DNA of 64,000 bases from an uncultured Acidimicrobiales bacterium (lineage in GTDB: Bacteria > Actinomycetota > Acidimicrobiia > Acidimicrobiales > UBA8190): contig CAVXRN010000001.1 of assembly GCA_963764205.1 (NCBI GenBank), positions 29,987 to 93,986 of the forward strand, written 5' to 3'. Of the stretch, positions 26,608 to 36,183 are shown in pieces (position 1 is the first letter of the stretch; the number at the start of each line of letters is the position of its first letter). The position numbers were made by a program, and so were the translations under genes. Under the pieces are notes generated by a model. The model saw only the letters and a list, made by a program, of their open reading frames with translations, was not told the origin of the DNA and searched no databases.

Positions 26608-27000
26608 TTACGCCAGGATCTTTGCCTTCTGGCTGTCGAACTCGGCCTGGGTGATCACGCCCTTGTCCTTCAGGTCCGCCAGCTTGGCCAACTGGTCGGC
26701 CGAGCCGGCGGAACCCGCCGTCTCCTTGATGTAGGCGTCCATGGCTTGCTGCTGTTGCTGGGCGGCCTGAGCAGCGCGCTCGTGCATCTTCCCTCCACGA
26801 GCGATCAGGTAGACGAAGATTCCGAGGAACGGGAGGACGATCACGAAGATAACCCACAGGGCTTTGGCGCCTCCGCCCATGTCGTGGCTCCGGAAGATGT
26901 CACCGAAGATGGTGATGAGGAGCCAGAACCAGATGAAGAAGACGAACAGGCCCAACATCGTGCCAAACAGGTCGGCGAGGGGGTAGGTGTATCCGAGCAT
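26608..27000 (-). CDS. PLDc_N-type membrane domain + SHOCT domain protein
   Basis: 130 aa from ATG 27000, which follows aggagg. It has two TM helices (ALWVIFVIVLPFLGIFVYLI) and a C-terminal LAKLADLKDKGVITQAEFDSQKAKIL. Confidence 0.8.
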   Translation of the reverse strand: MLGYTYPLADLFGTMLGLFVFFIWFWLLITIFGDIFRSHDMGGGAKALWVIFVIVLPFLGIFVYLIARGGKMHERAAQAAQQQQQAMDAYIKETAGSAGSADQLAKLADLKDKGVITQAEFDSQKAKILA

Positions 27001-27104
27001 GAGTCCTCCTAGGGGGGTGCCCGCGTAGGGTATTACAGATCTGCGCCGTTCACCCAGCTGCAGGGGAGAGATCCCACTGGAGGAGGAGCTGACAGGGTCG
27101 GACT

Positions 27105-27545
27105 TCAGCTGAGCTGCTCGGCCAGTGCGACGATGATGCCCTCGGGGCCGCGGACGTAACAGAGCCGATAGCTGTCCTCGTACTGCTCCAGCGCGCCCAC
27201 GAGTTCGGCGCCGAGGGTGTGGAGGCGGGCCAGGACGTCGTCGATGTCGTCGACGGCGAACATGATGCGACGTATGCCCAGTGTGTTGGCGGGTGCGGGT
27301 GCGGGCCCAGCCTTGATGACCGTCGGAGTGTGGAACTTCGTCAGCTCCAGCCGGCCGTGGCCGTCGGGGGTCCGCAGCATGGCGATGTCGACTCTGACAT
27401 CGTCGAGGCCGACGACGCGGTCCACCCACCGCCCCTCGACTGGCATCTCGGCCTCCAGCTCCATGCCGAGTTCGACGAAGAACGCAGTGGCAGCCTCGAG
27501 GTCGTCGACAACGACTCCGACGTGGTCCATCCGTTGAATCGTCAT
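27105..27545 (-). CDS. VOC (glyoxalase/bleomycin-resistance) family protein
   Basis: MDHVGVVVDDLEAATAFFVELG. Confidence 0.85.
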   Translation of the reverse strand: MTIQRMDHVGVVVDDLEAATAFFVELGMELEAEMPVEGRWVDRVVGLDDVRVDIAMLRTPDGHGRLELTKFHTPTVIKAGPAPAPANTLGIRRIMFAVDDIDDVLARLHTLGAELVGALEQYEDSYRLCYVRGPEGIIVALAEQLS

Positions 27546-27602
27546 GGCGCCCGAGCATAGGGGTGGGGTGCGTGGCCTGACGGTGGCGCAGAGAGCGTGG
27601 CG

Positions 27603-28409
27603 CTACTGCGGCTCTCCCGCGGTCATCTGCGCCAACATCTCTTCCAGCGCCACCTGATCCGGTCCGATGAACGGTTGCGCAGCCGGCGTCGCTGCGAGTG
27701 AATCGAGCAGCCGTCCGGTCATGGCGCCCGAGGCGGGCGGCAGATGGCTGCTCAGGACCATCGTGGGATTCATGTCGCGAATCTGGTTCAACTCCTTTGC
27801 GAACGCGGCCGGGTCGACCTTGTGAAGCCAGGGCGAGTCGATGGTCGCCCAGAAGACCTGACCCTGGCGCACTTCGTCGTCGGAGAGGTCGTCGGCCCGC
27901 TCGGGGACGGCCTGGAGGAGTGCGCCAAAACAGTCCGAGCTGAAGAACGCGCCGGACCTGTCGTCGAGAAAGCCAGTCGTAGAGGGGTTGTCGAAGACGG
28001 GCGGCTTGACGGCGGTGAGAGTGCGGTCGCCCACCGTGATCGCCTGTCCAGGGTTCACCAGGTGCACCCGGTCCATCGGCAGTGGGGCGGAGGTGGTCAT
28101 GATGCCCACGCCGAGAAACGTGGTGATCACGCGCAGCTTGGGATTCTCGATCAGGAGCTCGTGCAGCGTCCCGATGTGATCGAAGTCCGTATGGGTGAGC
28201 CAGATCCAGCTGAGGTCGGCCGGGTCGATGACCGAGCGGAGAGCCGTCATGAACTCGTCGCTCTCCACCACGGCTCCGGTGTCGACCAACACCGGCTCGG
28301 GACCGTGGAGGACGAAGGCGTTGATGGGAATGAGTCCGAAACCTGGGATGGGGAAGCTCGTCGTCAGGACGTCGATGTCGGTTGCGGCTCTGTAGGTGGT
28401 GACCATCAT
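27603..28409 (-). CDS. MBL-fold metallo-hydrolase
   Basis: It has an LTHTDFDHIG metal-binding motif variant and NAFVLHG. Confidence 0.8.
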   Translation of the reverse strand: MMVTTYRAATDIDVLTTSFPIPGFGLIPINAFVLHGPEPVLVDTGAVVESDEFMTALRSVIDPADLSWIWLTHTDFDHIGTLHELLIENPKLRVITTFLGVGIMTTSAPLPMDRVHLVNPGQAITVGDRTLTAVKPPVFDNPSTTGFLDDRSGAFFSSDCFGALLQAVPERADDLSDDEVRQGQVFWATIDSPWLHKVDPAAFAKELNQIRDMNPTMVLSSHLPPASGAMTGRLLDSLAATPAAQPFIGPDQVALEEMLAQMTAGEPQ

Positions 28410-28942
28410 GCTTCTCCTTGGTGGGTGACCTTCGTGTCGGAAGGCGAGGACATCGCGACCGTGGACTCAGCCGCAGCCTTGAGTTGCGCGAGTGTGTGGC
28501 GCATCCCTTCGAGAAGCTCGCGGTGCCGGTTGGTCGGGACGTCGACGATCCGAGCCCAGACCGGGATCCGCTTCACGTCATAGGACTCGGTCACCCGGGT
28601 GCCATCGGCGACGGGCTCGAAGCGGTAGCGCCACACGGTGGACTCGTGGCCGCCCTCCTCGGTGACGAAGGCGAACTCGCGTCCGACGTCGGCGGTGAGG
28701 ATGCGGCCGCGGCGGGACCAGCGCATGAGGCCGCCCGGCCCGCCCCGGTTGTGGCCGACGAACCGGACGCCTTCGGCCGGGCCGCCGGTCCCGTCCTGCC
28801 ACTCGACGCGCTGGCATTCGGGGCTCCACTCGCCCATTCGGCGCAGGTCGGCGACCATCTCGTACACGTGCTCGGGGGTGGCGCCGATGACGATCTGCTC
28901 GCTGTCGTGGGTCAGCCACCACCGTTGGTTCTTGGGCGCCAT
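28406..28942 (-). CDS. SRPBCC family (polyketide-cyclase/START-like) protein
   Basis: It has PEHVYEMVADLRRMGEWSPE. gaggagg lies upstream, and it overlaps the MBL gene start. Confidence 0.75.
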   Translation of the reverse strand: MAPKNQRWWLTHDSEQIVIGATPEHVYEMVADLRRMGEWSPECQRVEWQDGTGGPAEGVRFVGHNRGGPGGLMRWSRRGRILTADVGREFAFVTEEGGHESTVWRYRFEPVADGTRVTESYDVKRIPVWARIVDVPTNRHRELLEGMRHTLAQLKAAAESTVAMSSPSDTKVTHQGEA

Positions 28943-29010
28943 CGGTCCTCCTCGTCGCTGTCGGGTATCCGCTCGGACGTAAGCTACGATAATTAGCTCT
29001 AGCTGTCAAC

Positions 29011-29026
29011 CTTAGGAGCTGCTAAG
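29011..29026. promoter_or_regulatory. candidate TetR operator (near-palindrome)
   Basis: cttaggagctgctaag is self-complementary at 14 of 16 positions. It lies in the 93-nt divergent region between SRPBCC and tetR. Confidence 0.35.
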
Positions 29027-29038
29027 ATTCGCCAGGTG

Positions 29039-29695
29039 ATGAGCGATGGAGCCACCAAACCGAGCCAGACGCCGCAACCGATCGACCGACGGGCCCGACG
29101 CCGCCAGGAGACCATCGAGGAGATCCTCGACATAGCCGGGGACGTGATGGGGGAGGAGGGGGTCAACGGCCTCAGTCTGGCAGAGGTGGCCCGACGCCTC
29201 GGAGTGCAGCCCCCCTCGCTCTACAAGTACTTCCCCTCGCTCATGGCTGTCTACGACGCGATCTTCCGGCGCGGTCAGCTCGAGCACCTCGAGGTCATGC
29301 GTCGAGCGATGACCGGTGCCGAGCCCGGACTGCCCGCTCTGACGGCCGGGCTCGAGGCGAGCGGGCGTTGGGCTCTCGCCCACCGGGCTACGGCACAGCT
29401 CATGTTCTGGCGACCCGTCCCGAGTTTCGAGCCCTCGGCCGAGGCGTTCGCCCCCAGCGTCGAGATGGTCCGCCTCCAGCGCGCCGCGATGGCTGACGCG
29501 GTCGCCGCAGGTCAGCTCGGTTCCGGAGCCGACTCCGATGAGGCCGTCTACCTCGTCTCGACCCTCATCGTCGGAGTGCTCAGCCAGGCCATGGCGAACG
29601 AGCCCGACCTCGAATGGGGAGAGGGTCGGTTCACCTCCACGTTCCCGAAGCTCATGACGCTCTTCGAGGCCGCCTATCCGCCTCCCGCCCCGTAG
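29039..29695 (+). CDS. TetR/AcrR family transcriptional regulator
   Basis: ILDIAGDVMGEEGVNGLSLAEVARRLGVQPPSLYKYFPS. A GTG at 29036 is an alternative start. Confidence 0.9.
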   Translation: MSDGATKPSQTPQPIDRRARRRQETIEEILDIAGDVMGEEGVNGLSLAEVARRLGVQPPSLYKYFPSLMAVYDAIFRRGQLEHLEVMRRAMTGAEPGLPALTAGLEASGRWALAHRATAQLMFWRPVPSFEPSAEAFAPSVEMVRLQRAAMADAVAAGQLGSGADSDEAVYLVSTLIVGVLSQAMANEPDLEWGEGRFTSTFPKLMTLFEAAYPPPAP

Positions 29696-29703
29696 GGGTC
29701 GAG

Positions 29704-30834
29704 TCAGGTCTGCTTGGTTCCCCGGAGCAGCGCCGCGACAACCGCGCCCACTCCGAGCACGATTGCACCGGCGACGGCGAGGACGATGCCGGCGTAGTAC
29801 ACGGCGTTCGACAGTCCGCAGTCCACGATCGTTGGCCCGTCACCCCCGGCGCACAGCGAGTGATTACCCCCGGAGATGCTGACCACGATGGCGCCGATCG
29901 CCAAGGCGAGTGCACCGCTGGCCCCCAGCTCGAGTGCTCGGCGCGCCGTGACCCGAGACCACAGCGACGGCTGATGCGTGGCGACGGTGACCGATACCGA
30001 CGCCGTGGCGGAGCGATCCCTCCGACGCTGCGCATAGAGGCGATGGTCGGCGCATCGAAGCACGTCATCGAGCGTGGCGCCGTCTTGGATCGTATCGGCT
30101 GCACCCCAGCTGAACTTGGGGGCGTGGTACTGCTGTACGCGTCCCGCCAATTCAGCGGCCGCCTCAGCGGCGGTCCCAGGCAGAAGGGCAATGAATTCGT
30201 CACCACCGATCCGAAAGATGTCATCGGTATCGCGCAATGCTGCTCGCAAGGCAGCGCACAAACGGACGATGGCGTCATCGCCAGCCGCGTGGCCCTGGAA
30301 GTCGTTGATGCGCTTGAGCCCATCGAGATCGATCCCGACCACACAGACCGGTTGTCCGAGCCGCTTCCCCTGCGAGACCGCCGCTTGCCACGCGTTGTCC
30401 AGAGCACGTCGGTTTCCGACTCCCGTCAGGGGATCGGTCAGTGCCGCTCGTTGCAGCCTCAAAGTGAACTCTTCGGTCGCTGTGGCCTCGACCACTCCAC
30501 AGACGTTGGCCAAAGTCTCCGCCTCCCGGTCCTCGGAGGCGTCTGCGGCGATCGCCTCTCGCAGGCCACGAAGCCGGAGCGTCAAGGCAGATAGTGACGG
30601 TTGTGTCCGCGCCCAACTGCGAGTCGCCCGATCAAGGGCACTGCCGTGGGCAGCCTGCTTCGGCCCGATCTCCGCGGGCTCCAGCTCGGGCGAGGAGCTC
30701 GACTGCCTCGTGGCGAGGACGGACTCCAGCAGCAGAGCGGACTCGGCCTCAGGCCACGTGGCGTCGTCGTCCCCAGCGAGGGTACAGCTGTGGCGCCATT
30801 GCTCGACCAGTGGTCCGAGGTTGACCGGGTTCAT
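29704..30834 (-). CDS. diguanylate cyclase (GGDEF) with a C-terminal double-TM segment
   Basis: It has RIGGDEF with an RDTD I-site 5 residues upstream. The C-terminus has two hydrophobic helices flanking a Cys-containing loop. The start is ATG 30834 or TTG 30939. Confidence 0.85.
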   Translation of the reverse strand: MNPVNLGPLVEQWRHSCTLAGDDDATWPEAESALLLESVLATRQSSSSPELEPAEIGPKQAAHGSALDRATRSWARTQPSLSALTLRLRGLREAIAADASEDREAETLANVCGVVEATATEEFTLRLQRAALTDPLTGVGNRRALDNAWQAAVSQGKRLGQPVCVVGIDLDGLKRINDFQGHAAGDDAIVRLCAALRAALRDTDDIFRIGGDEFIALLPGTAAEAAAELAGRVQQYHAPKFSWGAADTIQDGATLDDVLRCADHRLYAQRRRDRSATASVSVTVATHQPSLWSRVTARRALELGASGALALAIGAIVVSISGGNHSLCAGGDGPTIVDCGLSNAVYYAGIVLAVAGAIVLGVGAVVAALLRGTKQT

Positions 30835-31167
30835 CGGGGATACATCGGCAGGCTGCTGCCATTTGTTGAATGGTCCATTCCTCTGGACCGGACGACGGCC
30901 CGACGCTCGTGGTGCATGTCGTCTGCCGCCAATGATCAACTCGTCATCAACCCCGGATCAACATCGGGCGGGAGTAACGCGAGCGAACTCCAAATGTCGC
31001 ACGACGATGCTCCGCCATCGTGATCAAACCAGCTCAAAGAGAAAACGCGTCGGTAGAATGGGGACTGGACTCAGGCCCTGAGAGCCCGCATGGACTGGTC
31101 CCATCTGAGGACGGGAACAGCCCGAGACGGGCGAGGACGAGAGTCTTGCAAGACGGGTGGGGGGCCC

Positions 31168-32841
31168 ATGGAAGTGGACGGCTGGCATAGCGATCCGTTC
31201 GGCGTTCACGAGGAGAGGCTCTTTCGCGATGGCGAGCCCACGCCTCTGGTTCGAGACGGAGGGATCGGCTCCTACCACGAACCGACGACGTCAAGCGCGC
31301 GTGCCGTAGAGGTCACGAGTCTCGAGCCGTCTCCCTCCAAGGAAGCTGTGTTCCTGGAAGAGCCCGCCCCTGGCGATCGCGTCATGGCTCCTGTCGACGG
31401 TTACCCGGATGGTGAAGCCGAGCAGGTTGGCACGGTCGCGAGCCAGTGGCCGCCCCCGTCGACCGGCGATCCGGTCATGGCTCCTGTCGACGGTTACCCG
31501 GATGGTGATGCCGGCAGGTTGGCGGTCGCGAGCCAGTGGCCGCCCCCGTCGACCGGCGATCCGGTCATGGCTCCTGTCGCCGGATACCCGGATGGTGAAG
31601 CCGAGCAGGTTGGCGCGGTCGCGAGCCAGTGGCCGCCCCCGTCGACCGGCGATCGGGTCATGGCTCCTGTCGCCGGATACCCGGATGGTGAAGCCGAGCA
31701 GGTTGGCGCGGTCGCGAGCCAGTGGCCGCCCCCGTCGACGCCCCGGTCGGCGCGGCCGGCCCATCGGGTGTGGTGGGCACTGGCGGTGGCGGGGTCGGTC
31801 GGTGTGCTGCTCATCTCGATCATGTTCGTCGCCAAGCCACGGGCCACACCTGTGCACTCCCCCTTGAAGTCCACCGCCGGTAGTTCGAGAGGTATGGAAC
31901 AGACCCAACGTCGTGGGGCGTCTTCTCCCGTCCAGCAGATCGCAGACCAGTCCTCGATGACCGGCCCCGGATTCGCCCATCACGTTCCCGTTGGCGTGTA
32001 TGCCGGGGAAGCCGATCCCTATGGCGTCACGCTCTTCGGGCTGGCGACCGACACTGCTCCCTCGTTCGCCACCGACTATCTCGACAAGGCCGGTGGGTGG
32101 GCTTCGATGGACGGCGCCTCCAACGTCAAGGCGTGGAGTGAGACCCCGTTTCGCTTGGTACTCGGCGTGCCTATTCTCCCTGGCGTCGGCACACTGGCGG
32201 CAGGGGCCACGGGCGCGTACAACCAGTACTTCAAGGTCCTCGGAGAGAACCTCGTCAACGACAACGAAGCTGACGCCATCTTGCGGCTGGGGTGGGAGTT
32301 CAACGGTAACTGGTTCCCTTGGTCAGTGAAAACGGCCCAGGATGCGGCCAACTTCACGTCGTTCTGGCGTCAGATCGTGAACACGATGCGGAGCGTGCCC
32401 GGCGAGAAGTTCACGTTCCTGTGGAACCCGAACGCACCGAGCCCCACGAGCTACACCGCCGCCCAGGCCTACCCCGGCAACGCCTATGTGGACTACGTCG
32501 GGACCGACGTGTACGACAACTTCTGGGGGACCCCGTTCACCCCCGCGGTCTCCTGGGTCCACCAACTGAACCAACAGTGGGGACTTGACTGGTTGGCCGC
32601 GTTTGCAGCTGAGCACAACAAGCCAATTGCCATTCCAGAATGGTCGGATGAGTACCGTACCGATGGGCACGGACTCGGGGACGACCCCTCATTCATCGAC
32701 GACATGGCCACATGGATGGTCTCGAACAAGGTGACGTTTGCGGGCGTTTGGTGTTACGACTCCTCCGCCACCTATAGAAACAACCTCCTCGATGGCACCT
32801 TTCCCAAAGCGCTGGCCGAGTTCAAGAGCGATTTCGGCTGA
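31168..32841 (+). CDS. DUF2510-like N-terminus + 4 tandem 30/31-aa repeats + TM helix + GH26-like glycoside hydrolase domain
   Basis: It has GWHSDPFGVHEERLFRDGEPT, then the repeats, then WWALAVAGSVGVLLISIMFV. The catalytic-domain strings are LRLGWEFNGNWFPW and IAIPEWS. The GH family assignment is tentative. Confidence 0.75.
   Translation: MEVDGWHSDPFGVHEERLFRDGEPTPLVRDGGIGSYHEPTTSSARAVEVTSLEPSPSKEAVFLEEPAPGDRVMAPVDGYPDGEAEQVGTVASQWPPPSTGDPVMAPVDGYPDGDAGRLAVASQWPPPSTGDPVMAPVAGYPDGEAEQVGAVASQWPPPSTGDRVMAPVAGYPDGEAEQVGAVASQWPPPSTPRSARPAHRVWWALAVAGSVGVLLISIMFVAKPRATPVHSPLKSTAGSSRGMEQTQRRGASSPVQQIADQSSMTGPGFAHHVPVGVYAGEADPYGVTLFGLATDTAPSFATDYLDKAGGWASMDGASNVKAWSETPFRLVLGVPILPGVGTLAAGATGAYNQYFKVLGENLVNDNEADAILRLGWEFNGNWFPWSVKTAQDAANFTSFWRQIVNTMRSVPGEKFTFLWNPNAPSPTSYTAAQAYPGNAYVDYVGTDVYDNFWGTPFTPAVSWVHQLNQQWGLDWLAAFAAEHNKPIAIPEWSDEYRTDGHGLGDDPSFIDDMATWMVSNKVTFAGVWCYDSSATYRNNLLDGTFPKALAEFKSDFG
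31372..31740 (+). repeat. near-identical in-frame tandem repeat, 93+90+93+93 nt
   Basis: Units start at 31372, 31465, 31555 and 31648. Each encodes GD(R/P)VMAPV(D/A)GYPDG(EAEQV/DAGRL)...ASQWPPPST. Confidence 0.95.
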
Positions 32842-32935
32842 ACCAGGCCAAGCGGTCATTCGGAACTCTTGCCGCGGACCGAGGCGGATCACCGGTGCCA
32901 GATGGAGGTCGTGGTCAAGGTCCGCGCTGTCATGA

Positions 32936-33514
32936 GTGTCGTCCGACAGACTTGGAGAGGTGAATCCTCTAGGTGCCGCTGGCTTCCAGCGCTCTCATTT
33001 AGCCAAAGCTGCACTTCGGTCTGTGGCTACGGCCACCCTGCTCTTGGTCGTCTACTACGTGGTTCCCGTGGAACATCGTCACCACCAGTCGGTGGTCATA
33101 CGCCTAGGCGTAGCTCTCGCCCTCTTCGTAGCCGTCCTCGCCTCTGAAGTCCGCGCTATCCAGAATCATCGTCAGCCGATGCTCAGAGCTGGTGTGTCGA
33201 TGGCTACCGTCATCCCGCTCTTCCTCGTCCTGTTCGCGTGGATCTACTTCACGATGTCGGGATTCGACCCGGGGTACTTCAGTACTCCGCTCGACCGCAC
33301 CAGAGCTCTCTATTTCACCGTCACGATCTTCTCCACCGTAGGGTTCGGTGACATCGTGCCGAGGGTCGACGTAGCCCGCATCGTGACCATGGTCCAGATG
33401 ATCGCCGATCTGGTCGTGATCGCAGTCGTGGTCCGCTTGATCTTCGGGGCCGCGTCGAGGGGCGTGGCAAGACAGCAGGAGTCCGGCGATGAAGCGTTGG
33501 GCCCGCAGTCGTGA
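32936..33514 (+). CDS. two-TM potassium channel (ion_trans_2 family)
   Basis: It has the selectivity filter FSTVGFGDIVP. The start is GTG at 32936. Confidence 0.85.
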   Translation: MSSDRLGEVNPLGAAGFQRSHLAKAALRSVATATLLLVVYYVVPVEHRHHQSVVIRLGVALALFVAVLASEVRAIQNHRQPMLRAGVSMATVIPLFLVLFAWIYFTMSGFDPGYFSTPLDRTRALYFTVTIFSTVGFGDIVPRVDVARIVTMVQMIADLVVIAVVVRLIFGAASRGVARQQESGDEALGPQS

Positions 33515-33523
33515 CGTTTGCGC

Positions 33524-35272
33524 CTATGAGCGCATCGGAATTCGGGTACCCGAGACAAGGAGCGACACGGCCGACGTCGCAACCCCGGCGATACTGCCGA
33601 CAACGACGACACCGCTGCGGGCGTTGGTGGGCACCTGAACCTTCACCTTGGTCGGTGCGGTCTTGATGATTCGCGCCGAGACCCCCCCGATGGTCACGCT
33701 GGTGACCTCGGACAGGTTGTCCCCCTTGATCGTGAGCTTCTTGCCCGGCACGGCCGTTGTCGGGCTGAGTCCGGTCACCTCCGGTATCCCGCCACCCACG
33801 TGGAATCGAGGGTCGTTGACGGGCACGACGAGCGTGGCGACGACGTTGTCGTCCTCCTCCTTGATGGACTTCACGCACGGACCGGGTCCCCGGCCGTGGC
33901 ATTTGGCGAGGAGCACCGGTGCGGCGGGTGAGGGCTCCACCTTCTGATAGCACACGAGGACACCCTTCTTGCTGGGTAGATCTCGCACCTCGGCCGTGAC
34001 CTCCACCCCGTTGGTGGCGGTGAGACCGGTGTCGGTGAGCGTGGTGACGGGCGCCACATAGTTGAAGCTCGAACCACAATCGAGTGCCTGGGGGGCGACC
34101 GTCAGCGACACCGTGGCTGTGCCCGTGCTCTTCGTGCCCGTGGCGGTGACGGTCTGGCTGGGAGTGACCACCGTGGTGCTGCATGTCGGGCCGTTGGAGC
34201 AGGTGACCGCCGAGAACTCGGGTTCGACGGCCCCGATGTCGCAGTCCGTTGCATCAGGTCGAGGCGCACCTCGCTGGTCGGTGCCCGGACACAGGGCGAC
34301 GCCGTTGCCCATCGTGCCGGGCGGAATCTGATCGAGGGCGGGGCTGCCCGATGCAGGCGCCATGGTCTGGGTGGGCCCGCCGTTGTCCTGGAGCGTGCCG
34401 AGGTCCGGGCTCACGCCCGATTGGCTGTGGTTCGTGTGCGAGAAATTGCAGGTGCTGTCCTCGTCGATGTTGTACCCACCGTCGGTCACGGAATTCAGCA
34501 GAGAGCAGTCCGCGCCGCCATTGTCGCTCAGGATGGTACCGGCGACGGAAATACTTGCCGCGATTGGACTTTCGAGGCCAACGGTGTTGTTGGCGATGGT
34601 GCTGGCGGTGATGGTCATGTCGGCGGTTAGAACCACGTTGGCGGCCGCGCTGTTGCCGCTGATCGTGGAGTCGGTGACCGAGACGGTGCCGGTGGGCCCA
34701 CACGCACAAAGTGCAGGTGCGCTGTTTGTGACGGTGCTGTCGACGACGTCGATGGTCGAGCCGTAGTCGCTGTTCAATGCGCTACCCGTCAAACCGTCGA
34801 CCGTCAGGTCGTCCAGCGTCCAACCCCCGCGATTTGCTGAAAAGACGGATCCCCCCGAGGTTGTCGGCTCCAATGTCGTGACCGGGGTGGAGCCTGAACT
34901 CGACCCTTGGATGGTGAGGAATACACCCAAGGCGTTGGTGAGAGTGGCCGTAAATGTCCCCGGACCGACATCGATCGTGTCGCTCGTTGCCGCCTGGGAT
35001 ACGGCATAGGGGATCGTGGCGCACGGCGTCGCCTCGTTCTGGCAGTTGCCGGCGTCCACCCCGCCGTTGAGCGGTGTCGCCACGTACAACGTCGTGCCGC
35101 TGGCCGATGCCATTGGTGACGCATTCCATCCAGTCAGGAGGCATGACACGACGGTCCCCACCAGTAGGAGACGACCCGATTTGGTGCCTATGGGATTCCT
35201 AAACTGGCTGATCGCCCGGAACGAGCGTTGACCCACGGTCTTCAATCGATTGACTCGACTCGGGCCGGCCAT
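33524..35272 (-). CDS. secreted beta-helix / choice-of-anchor-Q-like / IPT-TIG domain protein
   Basis: 582 aa from ATG 35272. It has a signal/anchor (LLLVGTVVSCLLTGWNASPMASA), beta-helix repeats and LQDNGGPTQTMAP...CDIGAVE. The C-terminal KKLTIKGDNLSEVTSVTIGG is IPT/TIG-like. Confidence 0.85.
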   Translation of the reverse strand: MAGPSRVNRLKTVGQRSFRAISQFRNPIGTKSGRLLLVGTVVSCLLTGWNASPMASASGTTLYVATPLNGGVDAGNCQNEATPCATIPYAVSQAATSDTIDVGPGTFTATLTNALGVFLTIQGSSSGSTPVTTLEPTTSGGSVFSANRGGWTLDDLTVDGLTGSALNSDYGSTIDVVDSTVTNSAPALCACGPTGTVSVTDSTISGNSAAANVVLTADMTITASTIANNTVGLESPIAASISVAGTILSDNGGADCSLLNSVTDGGYNIDEDSTCNFSHTNHSQSGVSPDLGTLQDNGGPTQTMAPASGSPALDQIPPGTMGNGVALCPGTDQRGAPRPDATDCDIGAVEPEFSAVTCSNGPTCSTTVVTPSQTVTATGTKSTGTATVSLTVAPQALDCGSSFNYVAPVTTLTDTGLTATNGVEVTAEVRDLPSKKGVLVCYQKVEPSPAAPVLLAKCHGRGPGPCVKSIKEEDDNVVATLVVPVNDPRFHVGGGIPEVTGLSPTTAVPGKKLTIKGDNLSEVTSVTIGGVSARIIKTAPTKVKVQVPTNARSGVVVVGSIAGVATSAVSLLVSGTRIPMRS

Positions 35273-35383
35273 GGCTGTACCCCCAACGGTAAGGGACCCC
35301 AACCCCCCATGACATGGGCACTGAGCCCGGCCAAACGCTAAACCAGTCTGCAACTCGTGTCCATCCGGGTTGGACCGGTGGCC

Positions 35384-35686
35384 CTACACGTTCGAGTTGT
35401 CGACGATCTGAGCGATCTCGACGAAATCGATCCGCGGGCTGACACCGTAGAGACCGGTCACGCGCTGGCGTAGCTCTTCGGAAAAGAACTCATCGGCAGC
35501 ATCCCTGGACTCCCAGACGTAGAAGTTCGTGGCACGCCGCTCCTCCTCGTCGAAGGTGAAGAATTTGAAGCGCAGGCCAGGCATTGACTCGAACATGGCT
35601 CGCGCCTTGTCGGCCACATTGATCACTCGGTCTCGATCGAAGTCACCGTCGTACTGAAAGGTCACGTTTACACCGATCATTGTCAC
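35384..35686 (-). CDS. YdhR-like / ABM-fold small protein
   Basis: A 100-aa ORF with VNVTFQYDGDFD...GLRFKFFTFDEEERRATNFYVWESRDAADEFF. Confidence 0.65.
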   Translation of the reverse strand: MTMIGVNVTFQYDGDFDRDRVINVADKARAMFESMPGLRFKFFTFDEEERRATNFYVWESRDAADEFFSEELRQRVTGLYGVSPRIDFVEIAQIVDNSNV

Positions 35687-35761
35687 TCCCTCCGTGTGCG
35701 GAGCAAGACCGGTGCCGACGGCGTCCCGAGAGCAGGCTCACTCCCTTGCCACAACGAGGGT

Positions 35762-36079
35762 TTAGCAGTTACTGCCGACGATTGCCGGGGGATCGTTCCG
35801 AGCGGGCACACCCGCAGAGCCGGCGGAACTCGTGCCTGGGAATGGCGATGGTGGTCGTCGTTCTCGGAGGTGCTCCCAGCCGGCCGGGGACACCGAGATC
35901 AGCCGACCTCGCCCGGCCTCGTGACGGCTGGCAACGAAGCAGCGGTCATTGGCCTCTTCCCATATGGGTAGGCGAGGACATGAAGTCCGCCAGGCTTCGA
36001 GTACCTCGGTGTAGGGGCGAGCATGCGGGCCTATCCACTCCAAGAGGTCGAGGACCAAGGTTTCGACGGTGTCGGACAC
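35762..36079 (-). CDS. hypothetical protein
   Basis: The N-terminal ~70 aa look protein-like (LDLLEWIGPHARPYTEVLEAWRTSCPRLPIWEEANDRCFV). The tail is low-complexity. Confidence 0.5.
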   Translation of the reverse strand: MSDTVETLVLDLLEWIGPHARPYTEVLEAWRTSCPRLPIWEEANDRCFVASRHEAGRGRLISVSPAGWEHLRERRPPSPFPGTSSAGSAGVPARNDPPAIVGSNC

Positions 36080-36183
36080 GACAGCCCCTGTCAGCCGTTG
36101 CTCGGAAAAGATTCTATCGGAAGGGCGGGGTCAAGGCGTTGGTCGAGCGAGCGACGGAACACCACCCGTCGTACAGTGCGGCC

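Noticed and set aside
31372-31740. A regularly spaced repeat array considered as a CRISPR-like array.
   Set aside because: The units abut with no spacers. They are in frame inside a long ORF and encode a coherent peptide repeat. No cas genes are present.
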